Made by a program: the position numbers and the translations under genes. The notes beneath the pieces are model-generated. The model ran no database searches. It was not told the DNA's origin and saw only the letters and a program-made list of their open reading frames with translations. A stretch of DNA of 59,688 nt, counting the filler, from Sphacelaria rigidula (Eukaryota), in NCBI GenBank assembly GCA_964200075.2. It is 9 parts of 9 records of this genome, joined end to end, with 100 filler letters (N's around TTAATTAATTAA, not from the genome) between each part and the next. Parts side by side here need not be neighbours in the genome. Positions count along the whole stretch, not along the records: positions 6,645 to 13,188 come from CAXNAA020019444.1; positions 13,289 to 19,831 come from CAXNAA020019445.1; positions 19,932 to 26,474 come from CAXNAA020019446.1; 6 more parts are not named here. The stretch is one strand, 5' to 3'. This document shows, piece by piece, positions 12,023 to 25,001 of this stretch; the first letter of the stretch is position 1; every line of letters begins with the position of its first letter.

Positions 12023-13188
12023 CGCGTTTATGCCGTGAACCCTGCCGTGCCGTAGTGAAACCGAAAACTACTTGATTTTAGCGTCAAAATGACGTTTTCG
12101 GGTCTTCCTTGACGTGAACGTGAAAATCCAAGCATCAGTTGATCGAGTGCACGTTTTCCGGGGTCCCAGAATGAAGACTACTTCGAAAAACGACGTGAAT
12201 CCCGTCGGAACGCCGAAAAACGGTGAAAAAGTCGACAAGTAAAGAATTCTCGTCCATGGAAACTTGCGTAATGACCCGTAGCACATTTGTGTGAAGTTTT
12301 AGTCTTTGACTCCTTTTAGCTGAGTGAAGGTTTGCGCGTTCGTGCTAGGACGTGAGCTTAAGACGTGCAACTCCAAACTACTTGGTTTTAGTATGAAAAC
12401 GTTTTTTTTTTGGTGAATTTTACTTGAAGACAAAAAAAAATGGTTGAGGTTTTCGAACTTCTCGACCACAATTTGTACATGTGTTCCTTGGACTATTCCG
12501 GGACGCATTATATTATCCTTTTTTCCTTCAAGGCGTTCTGTACCGCCTTCCGGGGGTCTTAATACTGGGACCCCAGGAAGCCGGCAGAGAACGAAGAAAC
12601 TTTGAAATCTTATCAACAACATAATATTTTCATTTGGAGCATCAATACCTACGGAACAGCCAAGTTTGAGGTTGATCTGAGCTTTTCTACAACATATATA
12701 AGGGAAACCGTCACGAGGCTCCCTGGGCTTTCGTGCGCATCATGAGTGGAAATTAGACGACGCCAAGACTCCACGTCACCGGAGAATCATGGTTTCGGGC
12801 ATAATTTGACCCCGTTGTAACCGTTTGATGATCTTCTTTCCCCGTTAGATTCCTGAGCTGATAGCGGATACTACGATTGGAAACATGTGGAGATTTCTGT
12901 GCAAACTGGGCTTGGAACTCGTGTTAACAATTTGTAACGCGCTGAGGGGTCGGAGTACCTTTTCGACCTTCACGCTACCAGTAAGGCCTTGACCAAGAAT
13001 CCAACTATGTCGCGCTCTTCAGCTGTTCATGGTGGTTGATATGATATTATGTATGCGACTAATGGGTGGGTATTGCGAAAGGCACGTCCTGATGACACAA
13101 TTTTGGGTGATTTAACCCTTCGGGAACCCTCCCCTCCCGTCCCCGGGCCAGACGCCTCATTATGAGAAGCCCTGACAAAGAAGAAAGT

Positions 13189-13288
13189 NNNNNNNNNNNN
13201 NNNNNNNNNNNNNNNNNNNNNNNNNNNNNNNNTTAATTAATTAANNNNNNNNNNNNNNNNNNNNNNNNNNNNNNNNNNNNNNNNNNNN
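13189..13288. other. Artificial contig linker
   Basis: N44-TTAATTAATTAA-N44. Confidence 0.98.
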
Positions 13289-13514
13289 CTTTTTTTCCGC
13301 GGGGAGCTTCCCCCAACCCCCGGCTCGCTCGGGGGGTTTCCCCGGTGCCCCGGGGGGCCCCCCCCCCCCCCCCCCCGCCCCTCAACCCCCTCCCCCAGGA
13401 CTCTGGAGACTCTCGGATGTCTCGGGACTGTCAGCCTGTACAACTGTTCCGAGGCGACGCTCGTCGTCGAGGGGTTACTGCAGACTGAACCCAAAGATCA
13501 GGCGCTGTATGGCC

Positions 13515-13809
13515 TGCAACGAAATTACGCCGTTACGTTGAGTTGGTAGTAATTGTAATGCATGAGAGGACCGCGTGCATAGAGGGCCGCATCTGAATTT
13601 GAACATCCCTATGCTTGGGGTTAGGGTTAGGATCCTGGATGATGGCCGGGGACACGGGGATGATACCCTATGGGTCTAGGAGGCTGTGTCTACAAGGGTA
13701 CTCCGGAATTAATAAAATGTTGTAAAGGCTGACAACTGAAACTGAGGCCAGTGACACTGGGGAGTCCCTCTATAGCAGTGATCCTCAAGTTCTTCTTGCT
13801 GGTGTCACA
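13515..13809 (+). repeat. 5' LTR
   Basis: tgcaacgaaattacgccgttacgttg...gtcaca, homologous to 19217-19486. Confidence 0.85.
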
Positions 13810-14149
13810 ATACCGATATTAGTGTGAGTGCTACAGCTAGTACCTAGCGGAATCTGCTGAAAGAATTTCGGTGGAAGAGTCTGGTGGCTGTGGACAAGCT
13901 GATAAACCACGGACGCGTGGAAGGGGTTCAAGCTGAGGTGATCGGCAGAAAGGCGGTTGGTCTGTGATTGATCCAGACTGGAGACTTGCTGAAGCTGCGT
14001 GCAGCGGGAGTTCAGAGGCTCCTACGACTGTGTGGTGCGGCGACGAAACAACGGTAAAGTGTGCAATTCGCGACGGTCCGTTGGCCTGCGAAAGATTCGC
14101 AGGTAGCCGGCTGCTGCTATGGCGACCGGCTCGCGTGCGGCATCCAGCG

Positions 14150-17100
14150 TGACGCCCGTGAATACGCGGCAAGAGTTGCGACCTCCCCAATACGGGGACA
14201 GGTACTTCCAAAGTACATCCTCACACTTTCTATACCAAGTACGTGGAGTACAGTAAGCGTGTTGAGCACGCTAACGCAGGGGGTGCAGTGCGACATCAGG
14301 TAGTGTCGATGGCTCCACAAGTGCCGACGCATGTTCAAAGAGTGTTCCCGCGTGTAGAATATCATGAGAGCTCAATAACCCCGCCACAATTGGTTGCGGC
14401 GATAAAAAAGCATGCTGGGTATACGGCGGGTGCCAAGGTGGAATTGACCCGAGCGTCCGCGGCCGTGGCGAAAGCTGTCGCCATGGAGTCTCGAGGAAAG
14501 ATGATGTTAGAGCAGGTGGAGCCAATCCTGTCCAATCTGAAAAAATAATCCTCAGAAAATCCGAACGTGGAAATAGTATATCGTTCCCCCGATGGTGAAT
14601 TCATTCCCGGCCCGTCCGCCGTAATCACCAAGGCTTTGGTGAAGGGGTTGACGCCGGAAAAATTAAAGCAAGCCGAGCTTGTTAAGTTGCAGCACGAAAC
14701 AGACTGGAAGGCCGACCCTCACCTGGTGATGGACACCGTCGTGGCCGAGGCCAAGGAGTGGCGGAAGATAGAGGTGTTTCGGCCAGTCGTCAATCTCCAC
14801 CCCGAAGTCTTTGCGCCACCACGGCTCAAATTCGGCCGGTCGCGCCGCGACCATCACCTGCCACCGCTGTGGCCAGGTCGGCCATTGCGCGCGCGATTGC
14901 CCAACGTCTTCTGGTGGAGAGTCTGCGCAGTCTCATGCCGCGCGCCATCAGCATCGACAGCACAAGGACAGAGGACGAGGTGATCGGTGTGGTGGCGGCG
15001 GCGGATCCTCCGGCGGTGGAGGGTCGCAGTCGAGTTCTCAGCAGCAGCAGCAGCAGCAGTGGCGGCGGCGTCAGCATGGGTCTGGTTCTGGATCCGGCGC
15101 CGCCGTGCTGCTGCTCCGCAACGGGCGGTGTAGGTGGGACCGACTTCTACAGTGTCGGACACTGGGCCGGCACCGGTGGCGGCGCCGGTGGCAACGCCGG
15201 CAGCAGCGCCAGGCGCGACGCCTGCTGATGCGCTGGTCGGAGTTTCGCCGAATTCTTGGTCTGCTGGCTGGTGGTCGTACCCGCCGGCGGTGCCACTTGA
15301 ACCTGCCGGGGCGTCTTCGCCTGCGCAGCTTGCGCAGCTTGCGCAGCTTGCGCAGCCGTGGCGTCATGCGGGATTAGCGGCGCATCGGTCGGATGAAGTG
15401 CCAGTGGAGTTTGAGGATAAGTACGTTCCTGCGCAGCTGTGTCTTCTAAATCAACGGGAGCGTGGAGCCATTGCGGTTCGGGTTATGTTGGATTCTGGCG
15501 CCCGCTTCACGAGTCATGTAAGTCTGTCAGTGCAGGTTGTAGAGATGTTGGAGTGTCTTCTCCTGGGTTTGACGCTGTGCATTCTGTTTTCGCTCGGGGC
15601 ACGGCAGGCTGTCACCGCGTCGGGTCGGCATGCTTCCGTCACGGATCGTACTGTTTCGTTGCAGTTGACTTCCACGACTTCCTAAGGGTCGGCGCCGTTG
15701 CCTCCGATCTCGTTTGCGATTATGCTGGGGTCGGATGGCGTTATTTTTCCGGGGTTGCCGACGCTTCAGAATCTTGGAGTCGATCCGTGCGAGCGGTTGT
15801 GGGACTCCATGAAGACGCGGATGTCTCCGCCTGGTCTGCGCGTGGAGACGCCCGCCTTTTTGGGGAGTCGTCGCTTGAGCTTGTCGATGGATGCTTTTCA
15901 GGAGGCTGGGGGGCAGGTGACCGACGAGCGGGATGAAGCGGTGGAACGCTCGGTGGAGCAAGGCCCGGAGATGTCTATGGATCCGGCGGAAGAGGAGTCC
16001 GCTTGGAGGGTCGCGCTAAAAGAGAACGTGACGGATTCTGTGGCGAAAGGCCTCAGCGTGTCAAAAGCGAAGCGCCTGCGCGGCATCTTGCATCGTCGCG
16101 TCACTGCGTTTCGTCGTGCGCTCCGGGGCGATCCCCCTGCGTACGTGGAGCCCATGTGTGTTCAGCTAAAACCTGTGGCGTCCGCGGTGAAGACGAATCC
16201 GCGGCGGTACCATCCGGTGAAGTCGAGTTGGTTGGAATCGTGCATGGTGGCTCTTTTGGCGCTCGGGTTGGTGTTAGGAATTTGCAGGCGGTGTGGCCCA
16301 GTCCGGCTATGGCGGTTCCGAAGAAAGGCTCGTTTCGCCTGGTGAACGACTACAAGGCAATGAATGAGCAGGTTGAGAAGCCGCCGGGTGTGATGCCCAA
16401 CCAAGAGTCAGACATGCGTGACCTGATGAGCGCTCGTCTTTTTTGCAATTTGGACTCCCTCAAAGGTGACTGACAGATGCCGTTGGTGGAGGAGGCGCAG
16501 GAGATTTTCACAATCACGACTTCGTTTGGCTTGTTTAGCCCGAAGCGAGCGCCGCAAGACACGCTGAGTGCAACGGCATATTTTCAAGGCATCATGACAG
16601 AACGTCTAGTCGGTATAAAATGCAAGATATGGGTGGATGATGTGCTTTTTTTCGCGGACACGGAAGACGAACTTGGAGACACACTTGATGCTATCGTGGC
16701 TCGTTTAGAGAGTGTTGGTTTGTTTGCGGCTGCGCACAAGTGTACACTCTCCGCTAGTGAACTCGTGTGGTGTGGGAAAGTGTACTCACACGGAGGTATC
16801 CCATGACTCTATCAGATTGCAAGGCTTGTGTGACATGCGGCGCCCGGAGCCAACCGCAGAACACATGCAATTCTTGCAGGCCGTGAATTGGCTGAGTACC
16901 TCGATACCGCGTACGGCAGAAAACATAGCCCACTTGCGTTTTCCCCGCGAAGAACTCATGGCGGGTGCTGCGAGGCGGACGGAGCGTGTGGCAAAAAACC
17001 GCGCTTTTCCGCCTGCATCGTGGACGGAGGGCAGGCTGCAGGCGTGGGCGGCAGCGTAGGATTTGCTGGCTCACGCGGTAACGCTGTTCCATCTTGTCCT

Positions 17101-19142
17101 GATTGTCAGGTGTTGATGTTTCCGGATGCATCTGAGTGTCATTAGGGTAGTTTGGTCACGCAGGTGCCTGAAGCTGAAATGCAACGACGCTTGCCGGTCG
17201 AGGACATGACGCATGAACCGCTGGCTTCCCTCAGTGGTAGTTTCAAGGGTTCGCAGTTGCGTTGGGCCACAATTGACAAGGAAGGTTTTGCTTTTGTGAG
17301 CACTTTTCGTCGTTTGGAGTATCTTTTGTGAGATGACGTGCACATTTTCACGGATCACCGAAATCTCGTATACATATTTCAACCCGAAAGCGTGCGTTAC
17401 GGCTGCGTCGAAGGCGTTGGCCCAACATTTGGAGGGTTGGAAAGGTGTATTAGGACAGCATCGCTACATAATTTGCCGTACTTCTGCTGACCGTAACGCG
17501 TGGGGTGACGTGCTTTCGCGTTGGGTGAACACTCCGGGTTTGCCTGTGCACGCTGTGGCTGTGTATGATCCGTGTGAACCTGATGAATCGATGCCGTCCA
17601 AATTTGCTGTCCGCCAAGCGCAACGGAAAGAACTTGGGACCGAAGATGCGAATATGCAATATTTCGAGTCGGACGTTGGTACTGCTATCTTGGATAATGA
17701 AGGTCTGTTTCGTGTGCATGTACGTGGCCGAAACATTTCGTGGATTCCGAAATCTGACAAGCAGTTGCAGGTACGTCCACGATTTGCGCGCTCATGCGCG
17801 ACGTCGGGCATCGTGTTGTGGCTTCGACGCTCGGCCGCTTGCAAGAGTTTTGTGTCTGGCAGAGGATATAAACTCATGTGCGCGAATTTTTCCGCCGGTG
17901 TCTTCCCTGTGCTGACTCGAGCGCGGGCGATGTTGTTCCCCGCCCACACGGTGAAACGGTCCATGGGGCCATGCCGAATAAACTCGTTCATTTTGACTTC
18001 TTGTACGTGGGCGAGAGTGGCCCACTAGCTTCCTAAGGTTTGTCGGATTATGCTGGGTTTCGATAAATTTCGGTAATCATGGATTGTCTTCGCAACTTCG
18101 TGTCTCTGGAACCAGTAGCAGCGTGTACTGCTGAATCAACTGCTGCATCTTTGCTAAATTGGTGCAAAGGTTTGGGGGTGCCGCGTGTGTGGGTGAGTGA
18201 TACCGCCTCACGTTTCAAGAGTGCGATCTTGGCCCGATTGCGAGAGGCTTTGCACGTTGATCACCACCTTGCGGTGGCGTGTTCTTTGTGCTCTAACAGC
18301 ACGTGCGGACGCATGGTCAAGGAAGTAGTTCGTGCTCTTCGCTTTATTCTTCTCGAGCAGCGTCGAGCGGTTACCGAGTGGGTGGAGGTATTGCTTGCGG
18401 TGCAATGGGCGCTCAATACAGGGTATCGTCGTCGTTACGATAGTGTGCCGTACCACGTGATATTTGGTCGTGCTCCTCGGACGTATGTCTCGGTGTTGGC
18501 GTATTCGTCAGCAGAAGAGGGGAATAGTGATGTCTTGGATGATGATCAAATGAAGCGTGCATTGCAAGGAGCCTTGGACTTGCCAGAATGTTTTCGCGTT
18601 CAAGTGCAGGAACGTGTTGCCGCAGCACGTGCGCGTAGACGTGTGGGGTCCTCGTCGAGGCTGGAACTGCCGAATATTGAGGTGAGCAATTATATTATCT
18701 TGTATGCACGCGTGCGTCGTCCGAGCGTTATGCCCAAGTTGATGGCGACGTGGACTGGTCCATGTAGAGTGGTTGGTGCTCACTACCCACATGTGTTGAT
18801 AACATTGTTTTGCGTCGTGTTCAGACCACCAATGTAGCTCGTCTTCATTTTTATGCAGACTCGCAGCTTAGTCTTACGGCTAACGTTAGGGACGTGTTCA
18901 ACCACGCTTTCAATCAGGGGCAATTTTAGATGGCTGGTTTTGTCCGAGTGGCAGAAGCACACGATCGTAAGTTGATCGTCTTGGTCGATTGGGCTGATTT
19001 CGAAGTCGAGGAGCGTACGTGGAAACCTTTCAAAGATATTTTTGTGGTCGCTCCGGAATTTCTCACTCAGGAGTTGCGTCAATTGCGCGTGACTCGTGCC
19101 GTTGCTGCTCGCATTACGCGTGAGTTTGGTATTCAGTTTTGA
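14150..19142 (+). pseudogene. gag-pol pseudogene of the Ty3/gypsy element
   Basis: Domain motifs spread over ORFs 14243, 14567, 14811, 15134, 15698, 16003, 16477, 17333, 18079, 18930; start approximate. Confidence 0.9.
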
Positions 19143-19216
19143 CTAGCTCATCGTTCTGGTGCTTTCCATGTGTCAAGCATGTTGGTCGATTTTTGTCCAA
19201 CGCGCTTTGGGGGTGC

Positions 19217-19486
19217 TGTGACAAAATTACGCCGTTACGTTGCGTTGATAGTGATGATCTGGACAATGACCGGGGGTACGGGGATCCTGGAGGATTCGAG
19301 AAGGATTCTGGATAATGACCGTCGACACGGGGATGATACCCTGCAGGTCAAGGAGGCTGTTCTAGAAGGGCACCCCGGGAATAATGAAGTGTTGTAAAGG
19401 CTGACAACTGAAACTGACACCAGTGAGACTGTGGGGTCCCTCAACAGCAGTGTGATCCTCCAGTTCTTCTTCTGGCTGACGTCACA
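19217..19486 (+). repeat. 3' LTR
   Basis: tgtgac...gtcaca inverted termini, preceded by a short G-rich PPT-like tract. Confidence 0.9.
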
Positions 19487-19584
19487 AGTCATTTTTTCGT
19501 GACACTTTCAGGCTGGTTTTGGGGGGGGCTATCATAGAAAGTATCCGTGAGCCACGCTACGGTAGGGGAAGGGGTTGTTTGCCT

Positions 19585-19765
19585 CCACGAAAAAAAAGGG
19601 CTCACAGGTGTGTCAAACGACTAAACACACTCGCGGGGAGCTTGTATTGGGGTGAAAACGGTGTTTATCAGTATGACTGAGCGCTACGTATCGGTAACAA
19701 GCGCTTTGGAACAACCTTTGCTGCTTTCAACGACGAAATAAAGTGGAATTTTGCTGAAGGAATGA
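19585..19765 (+). repeat. Dispersed repeat shared with 43328-43510
   Basis: cacgaaaaaaaaggg.tcacaggtgtgtc...ggtaacaagcgc...ttgctgctttcaacgacga in both. Confidence 0.7.
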
Positions 19766-19831
19766 TCCAAAATTCTGGAAGCCGCTCGGTGGCGCCAACC
19801 AGTGCGCACCAGTCTTCGACTACGCCATGCG

Positions 19832-19931
19832 NNNNNNNNNNNNNNNNNNNNNNNNNNNNNNNNNNNNNNNNNNNNTTAATTAATTAANNNNNNNNNNNNN
19901 NNNNNNNNNNNNNNNNNNNNNNNNNNNNNNN
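19832..19931. other. Artificial contig linker
   Basis: N44-TTAATTAATTAA-N44. Confidence 0.98.
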
Positions 19932-22900
19932 CCATCTCCGATATCTGTATCTGTCGCTTTCCCCAGAAGTTTCGTAGCCTTTGCCAACGCCTCTTCCGAC
20001 ACATGCACGGGCGTCCCTCTTGCCGTACGAAAACCACCGGGCGCACTCACCGCGGGCGCCACGGCCGCCGACGAAGTTGTACCTTTCAAACGACTGCCGG
20101 CACCATCTCCGATATTCTCATCTGTCGCTTTCCCCAGAAGTTTCGTTGCCTTCGCCAACGCCTCATCCGACACATGCACGGGCGTCCCTTTTGCCGTGAC
20201 GAACCCACCGGATACACTCTCGGCAGGTGCTGAGGCCGCTGTTGCCGCCGCCGGTTTGTTTCTTTCCTTTGTTCCCCCGGAATCGTTGGTAGAGCTGCCG
20301 CTATTTTTATCTGCTGCTGAACCGAGGAGTGCATCAGCTCTCTTCAAAGCCTCCTCCGATACATCCACAGGTGTCCCTTTTGCCGCGAAAAAACCGCCGG
20401 ATGGAGCTTTGGCGGGCACCGCCCCCGCCGGTGTTGCCGTTCCTTTCGAATTCCAAGACTTGCCGCCAACATCGCCGTTATTGCCATCTACTGCTGCTCC
20501 CAAACGTTTATCGGCTTTCGCCAATGCCTCCTTCGACGTATGTACAGACGTCCCTCTTGCCGCACAGAACTTGCTCGACGAGTTGACCGCGATAACCGGA
20601 GACGTCGAGCTTACCGAAAACTGGTTGGCTTCTCCACGAAAGTCAGCACTGGAACTACTCACGCTTTCAACACCACGATCACCTTCATCGGCGGAAGTAC
20701 CAACGCCGCGTTTGCTACCATCACCTCCATTGGTGATGATGGCTTTGTTGCCACCGCTACTGCGGTCGATGGGGATACCACCACCTCCGAGAGAGGCTTT
20801 GCCGGGAGCCACCACGACCGTGGATGCGCTGCCCTGCGGCATACCTCGAGCAGTGCAGACAGTGGCATTAGCCGCTGCCGCCTCATCCACAGAGTGACGA
20901 GGAAGGGGGTGCGACGAGTCACCTTCTCCGAAGGAGCGCTCGGCCTTTGCCATTGCCTCGGCCGAAACGCGCAGCGATTTCCCACCACCGGTGAAAAACC
21001 CCGTAGCAACCCCCCCGCCTCCGCCCTTGCCTTCGCCCCCGTAGTCAAAAGTTGCTTCTGTGTTGCGCTTAGGGGCTTTCGTTGTGGCATCGACAGGGTT
21101 TTTTTTTTCTGAAAGCAAGGACTTCTTGGCGTTCCCCAACGCCTCCGCAGGAACGCTCTCTGACTTGCCTGCGTCGTTGACGAAGCCCCGGGAGAGCATC
21201 CCCGCTCCATGCACGCCGCTACTAGCTACTAGCGCCGACGATGGGATAGGCATTCGCTGTTTGTTCAAGCTTATATCGTGACTGGTCAAGCGCGAACCGC
21301 CTAATACCGGCGTCCTTCTCGCCGCAACGCGGGCCGAAGCCACTGCCCCTTCCTCGCGGAGCATGCTCGTTGCACGTTCACCAGCGCCACCTTTCCCTGC
21401 TGCACATATTCTTATCGGGGGGCGACCGCCGCCACTTAAACGCCGGCCGTGACCCGAAGTGCCGCCATGAGCCCCGCCGTCGTTGCCACCTACACGACGA
21501 TCTACTCTGCTCTTTCCCACACGCCCTGCAAGACGGGGGGTAGTCAGTCCATTCCGGCTCAATCTCGTGGTATCCTTAGCTCTCCCGAGGCGCGTGTCAT
21601 CCTCCGGCGGATCCGCAGAGGCATCATCAAAAATGTGGCTCACCTTCGCCAGAGCCTCAGCTGAAACTTTCACGGGACGACCGCGCCCAGTACTAAAGGC
21701 AGCACTTACGGGTGGAGCGCAAGTAGTTGGGTGGCCAGCATCACCCGCTGGTGCCGGAGGATTCACCAGGGTATCATGAGCGCCATCGAACATGTGGCTC
21801 ACCTTCGTCAGTGCCTCGGCTGAAACTTTCACGGGACGACCACGCCCCGTACTAAAGGCACCACTTGCGGGGCGAGTGCTAGCGGTGACATGACCGATAT
21901 CACCCGCCGGTGTCGGAGATTTCGCCAGAGTATCGTCGAAAATATGACCGACCTTAGCCAGCGCATCGGCCGAGACCATCAGGGGTCGGCCGCGTCCCGT
22001 ACTAAATGCAGCGGCCCCACAGCTTCCATCGGCCGACGGGCCAGATGAACTCGTAGTGGCCGCGATGTATCTGTCGGTAGCAGCAGCAGGTACCATCGCT
22101 GCGGTCGTCGTCCGATCCCTCCGATTGTCGGCGGTGATTCTGCCGTTATCATCGCCCCTGAATATATGATCGACCTTTGCTAGAGCATCAGCAGAAACAG
22201 TCAGCGTGCGGCCCCCGCCAGTCTGGAACATGGGTCCGGTGATCGCCGGTAACGGCGGACCGGCGTGGTTGTGATCATGAGCGTTTCCACAACTCCCGCC
22301 GCCACCCTCCTCGCGAGCGCTTGCTTCTACTGCTGTGCCTGCTACTTCTTTGCCGTCAGACAATACACTCTCGGTGCTGTGAACATCGGTGGATTGAGCT
22401 ATGTTTGTATCACCCCCGCCAAAATTACTCGGGCTGGGGTGAAGAGATCTCATTGTATGTCGTCCCTTGCCACCACGCGCTGCTTCTCCCTGGTGTCGAA
22501 TATCGGCTTCCAGTGCTAGTCCTGCAGAGCTAGATCCCGCGTGGATTGTAACCGAAGATGACGAACAACTCGACTGCTTGCTCGGCTGCGCTGGAGCTGC
22601 TGACGCCATTCCCGGCGACTCACCATCGTCAATACCCGACTCATCCTCGAATAAATGACTTACACGGGCGATCGCTTCGGCCGATATATGCAAACCTCGA
22701 CCACCGGCCGTCTGGAATGTCGCCGTTCGGGGTGGATTCAGTGCCTGCTCGTGGGGAGGCGAGGACGGCGGGTTTTCCGCCACCTTATTGAATGGAGATC
22801 CCCGCATGTCGCCACCGCCTTTGTTGGGCTTCATGGGGGTGGTGGCATTCCGGATGAGGCTTGCGTCCCTTCTGCCAGGACGGTTTCTGGCTTTGGTTGA

Positions 22901-23956
22901 GGTATCTAGCTTTACCGCAATGCTGTCCTTGAACCCAGCAACGTCCCCATCGACCTGAACCGCTCTGGTCAGCACCTTGTGTTGAGGGATGGCAGCGCTG
23001 CCGCCACCACCCCTGCCGCGATCAAAACGTTTTCCAGAATGCCCCCCCTGCTGTCCACTAATACTAGCAGCTGCTCCGGCCGAAGATGGTGCCGCCAAGT
23101 CTTCGTCCTTCGCCGCCGTCGCGTCGTCGTCGCGAAATAAGTAGTCCACTTTTGCTAGTGCTTCCCGTGAGATCGAAAGCACTCGTCCCTTTGCTGTGGA
23201 AAACACGGGAGGGGTGCCGCCGCCGCCGCCATCCAACGTAGCACCACACGGCGGCTGGTCCTCAGAAGTAATCGTCCTGTTTGAGGAGGGAGACGTAGCA
23301 GCAGAAGACGTTGCGGCTGTCGAAAGCGGCAACGCAGCTACCGAGCGTGGTTTTTGGTCGCCGTCATCGCTACTGATAGCTCTAGTGCCAGCTGTCGTGA
23401 GCACCAGCGAGCTTGTCGTCGCGGAAGTTTTATTCGGACGCGGCAATGATGATGGCGTGGACGACGACGACACCGGGACGGATACAGACGCTGCACTAGG
23501 ATCCGAGGCCGGAGAAGTACGCCTTGGACCCGCAGACAAGGCACCAGCACCAGCACCAGCACGACTACCACCAGTTGCTGCTGCTCCCGATGCTTTTACT
23601 CTGGCGGCGGATGCGGAAGTTGACGCTCGCTTGGCGGCCTCGAACGGCGACGCAGGCAGGGGCCGCTTTGCTGCTCGATTGTTCCGGGTCGTGAGGAGGG
23701 ATCTGCTCCCCACCTGAGCATATGGATTAGGAACCCGAGGCGTGACCGGTGCTCGTGGCGGAGGCGGGGGCGGGGACGGGGACGGTGCTGCCGCGGCCGC
23801 CGCGGCCTGGGGTTGTCTGTCATCGCAAGTGACGTCATCAGCTGGTGACGTGGTGGTTTGTGCTGACGCGGATGTCAACAACACACCAGCAGCAGAGACG
23901 GGAAGTTCGAGCGACGAGTCTCTCTGGAGGCCAAGCATTTCGGCTGCGGTTACACC
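19932..23956 (-). CDS. BRCA2: BRCA2-like protein, >4-kb exon with at least 12 BRC repeats (cut at contig end)
   Basis: Pyrimidine tract + acag acceptor ending 23957; uninterrupted frame; repeated F.T[AG].G+.V.VS.EAL.K...[LF] matches the BRC consensus; DNA-binding domain not in the window. Confidence 0.85.
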
Positions 23957-24523
23957 CTGTCCGTAGGGCAGGAAGAGCGACGGAAGGGGAAATAATAATT
24001 CCAAGTCTAAAATACACAGAGCTTACGTGAGGTTGTCGCATGGAGCGCGATGTCATAGAAACGTGCTGTAGCATACCTGAAAAGAGTGTGGGCGCACGCA
24101 TATTGCATCACCCAACAACAGGGGTACATCTTTGGTCCTGTACTGTGCTATATATACATGTATACCATCGGTGAATGTTTTTTAAAATGTGCATGTCCTC
24201 ATGTATCAGTTTTCCAGGGGAAAAATGCACGTGTATCGTGTATCAGTTTTCCAGCCGAGAGGGAAAAACTCGAAGAAAGATCCCCCATTTGGGGAGCTTT
24301 ATAAACGATAATTGTCGCCGACGGGAGACGACCACGTGTGGCATATATAGGCTGCGCTGGCGTTCCAGCCAGCGCGGCTTTTGTACGGAACTAAGAAACC
24401 TTTGAATAGCTACCAAAACATCACCGCGGCCGTCTACCACTGGCGCCGGTTTTCTTTTTCCATAGAAGCCAGTGATGGACGCTCACGTGGAGAAAATCAT
24501 GGGGGCGGAAACAAGGAACCCAC

Positions 24524-24667
24524 CTCACTGTCGGTGCCGCCACCGGCTCCCTGGCTGAGTCCAGACGGAAAGTAGTCAAAACCGAAGCCACCGGATGGAG
24601 GTGTCCGCGACCCAGCAGAGTCAGCGAGTCTCTGTTGGGGTTGCTGGTGCTGCTCCACACCGAACAC
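24524..24667 (-). CDS. BRCA2: BRCA2-like gene, short internal exon
   Basis: ctctccag acceptor, GTGGG donor, 144 nt, phase 0 compatible with both neighbours (VFGVEQ...GTDSE). Confidence 0.7.
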
Positions 24668-25001
24668 CTGGAGAGTACGACATTGAGCGCATATCGGTTG
24701 CGTGCCAGCAAGTTGACTAGTTGATGCTACCCCCAAGACATACCGTATTTTCAATAGCATGCTAATCTCATATCCTGTATTGCCACGTTTTTGCCTTTGG
24801 AGACTACGCAACGTTGTGCATTTCAAACATCATCATCCGTAGAGTATTTAATTATAATCACAGGCGCTCCTGTGTCCCAAATACGGCAACGAGGTATCGG
24901 TAGAGAAACCTCAACACATCGCCTAGGCCCTTGTACATGGATACTTTTTCCCGTGGTCCCGCATCAATAAGTGCGTGAAAGCCCGACCTCATATCCCTTA
25001 C

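Larger units (their letters stand above)
13515..19486 (+). mobile_element. Full-length decayed Ty3/gypsy LTR retrotransposon with chromodomain
   Basis: Two related TG...CA LTRs; order gag CCHC (CHRCGQVGHCARDC), protease (VMLDSGA), RT (FRLVNDYK, WVDD), RNase H (FPDASE, IDKEGFA), integrase (HFDFLY, WVSD), chromodomain (LVDWADF...RTWKP); many stops and frameshifts. Confidence 0.95.

Noticed and set aside
13511..19490. Target-site duplication of the gypsy element
   Set aside because: Flanks GGCC and AGTC differ at two of four positions, so it cannot be called
13515..24004. Gypsy insertion next to or in BRCA2
   Set aside because: They are on different contigs separated by a linker
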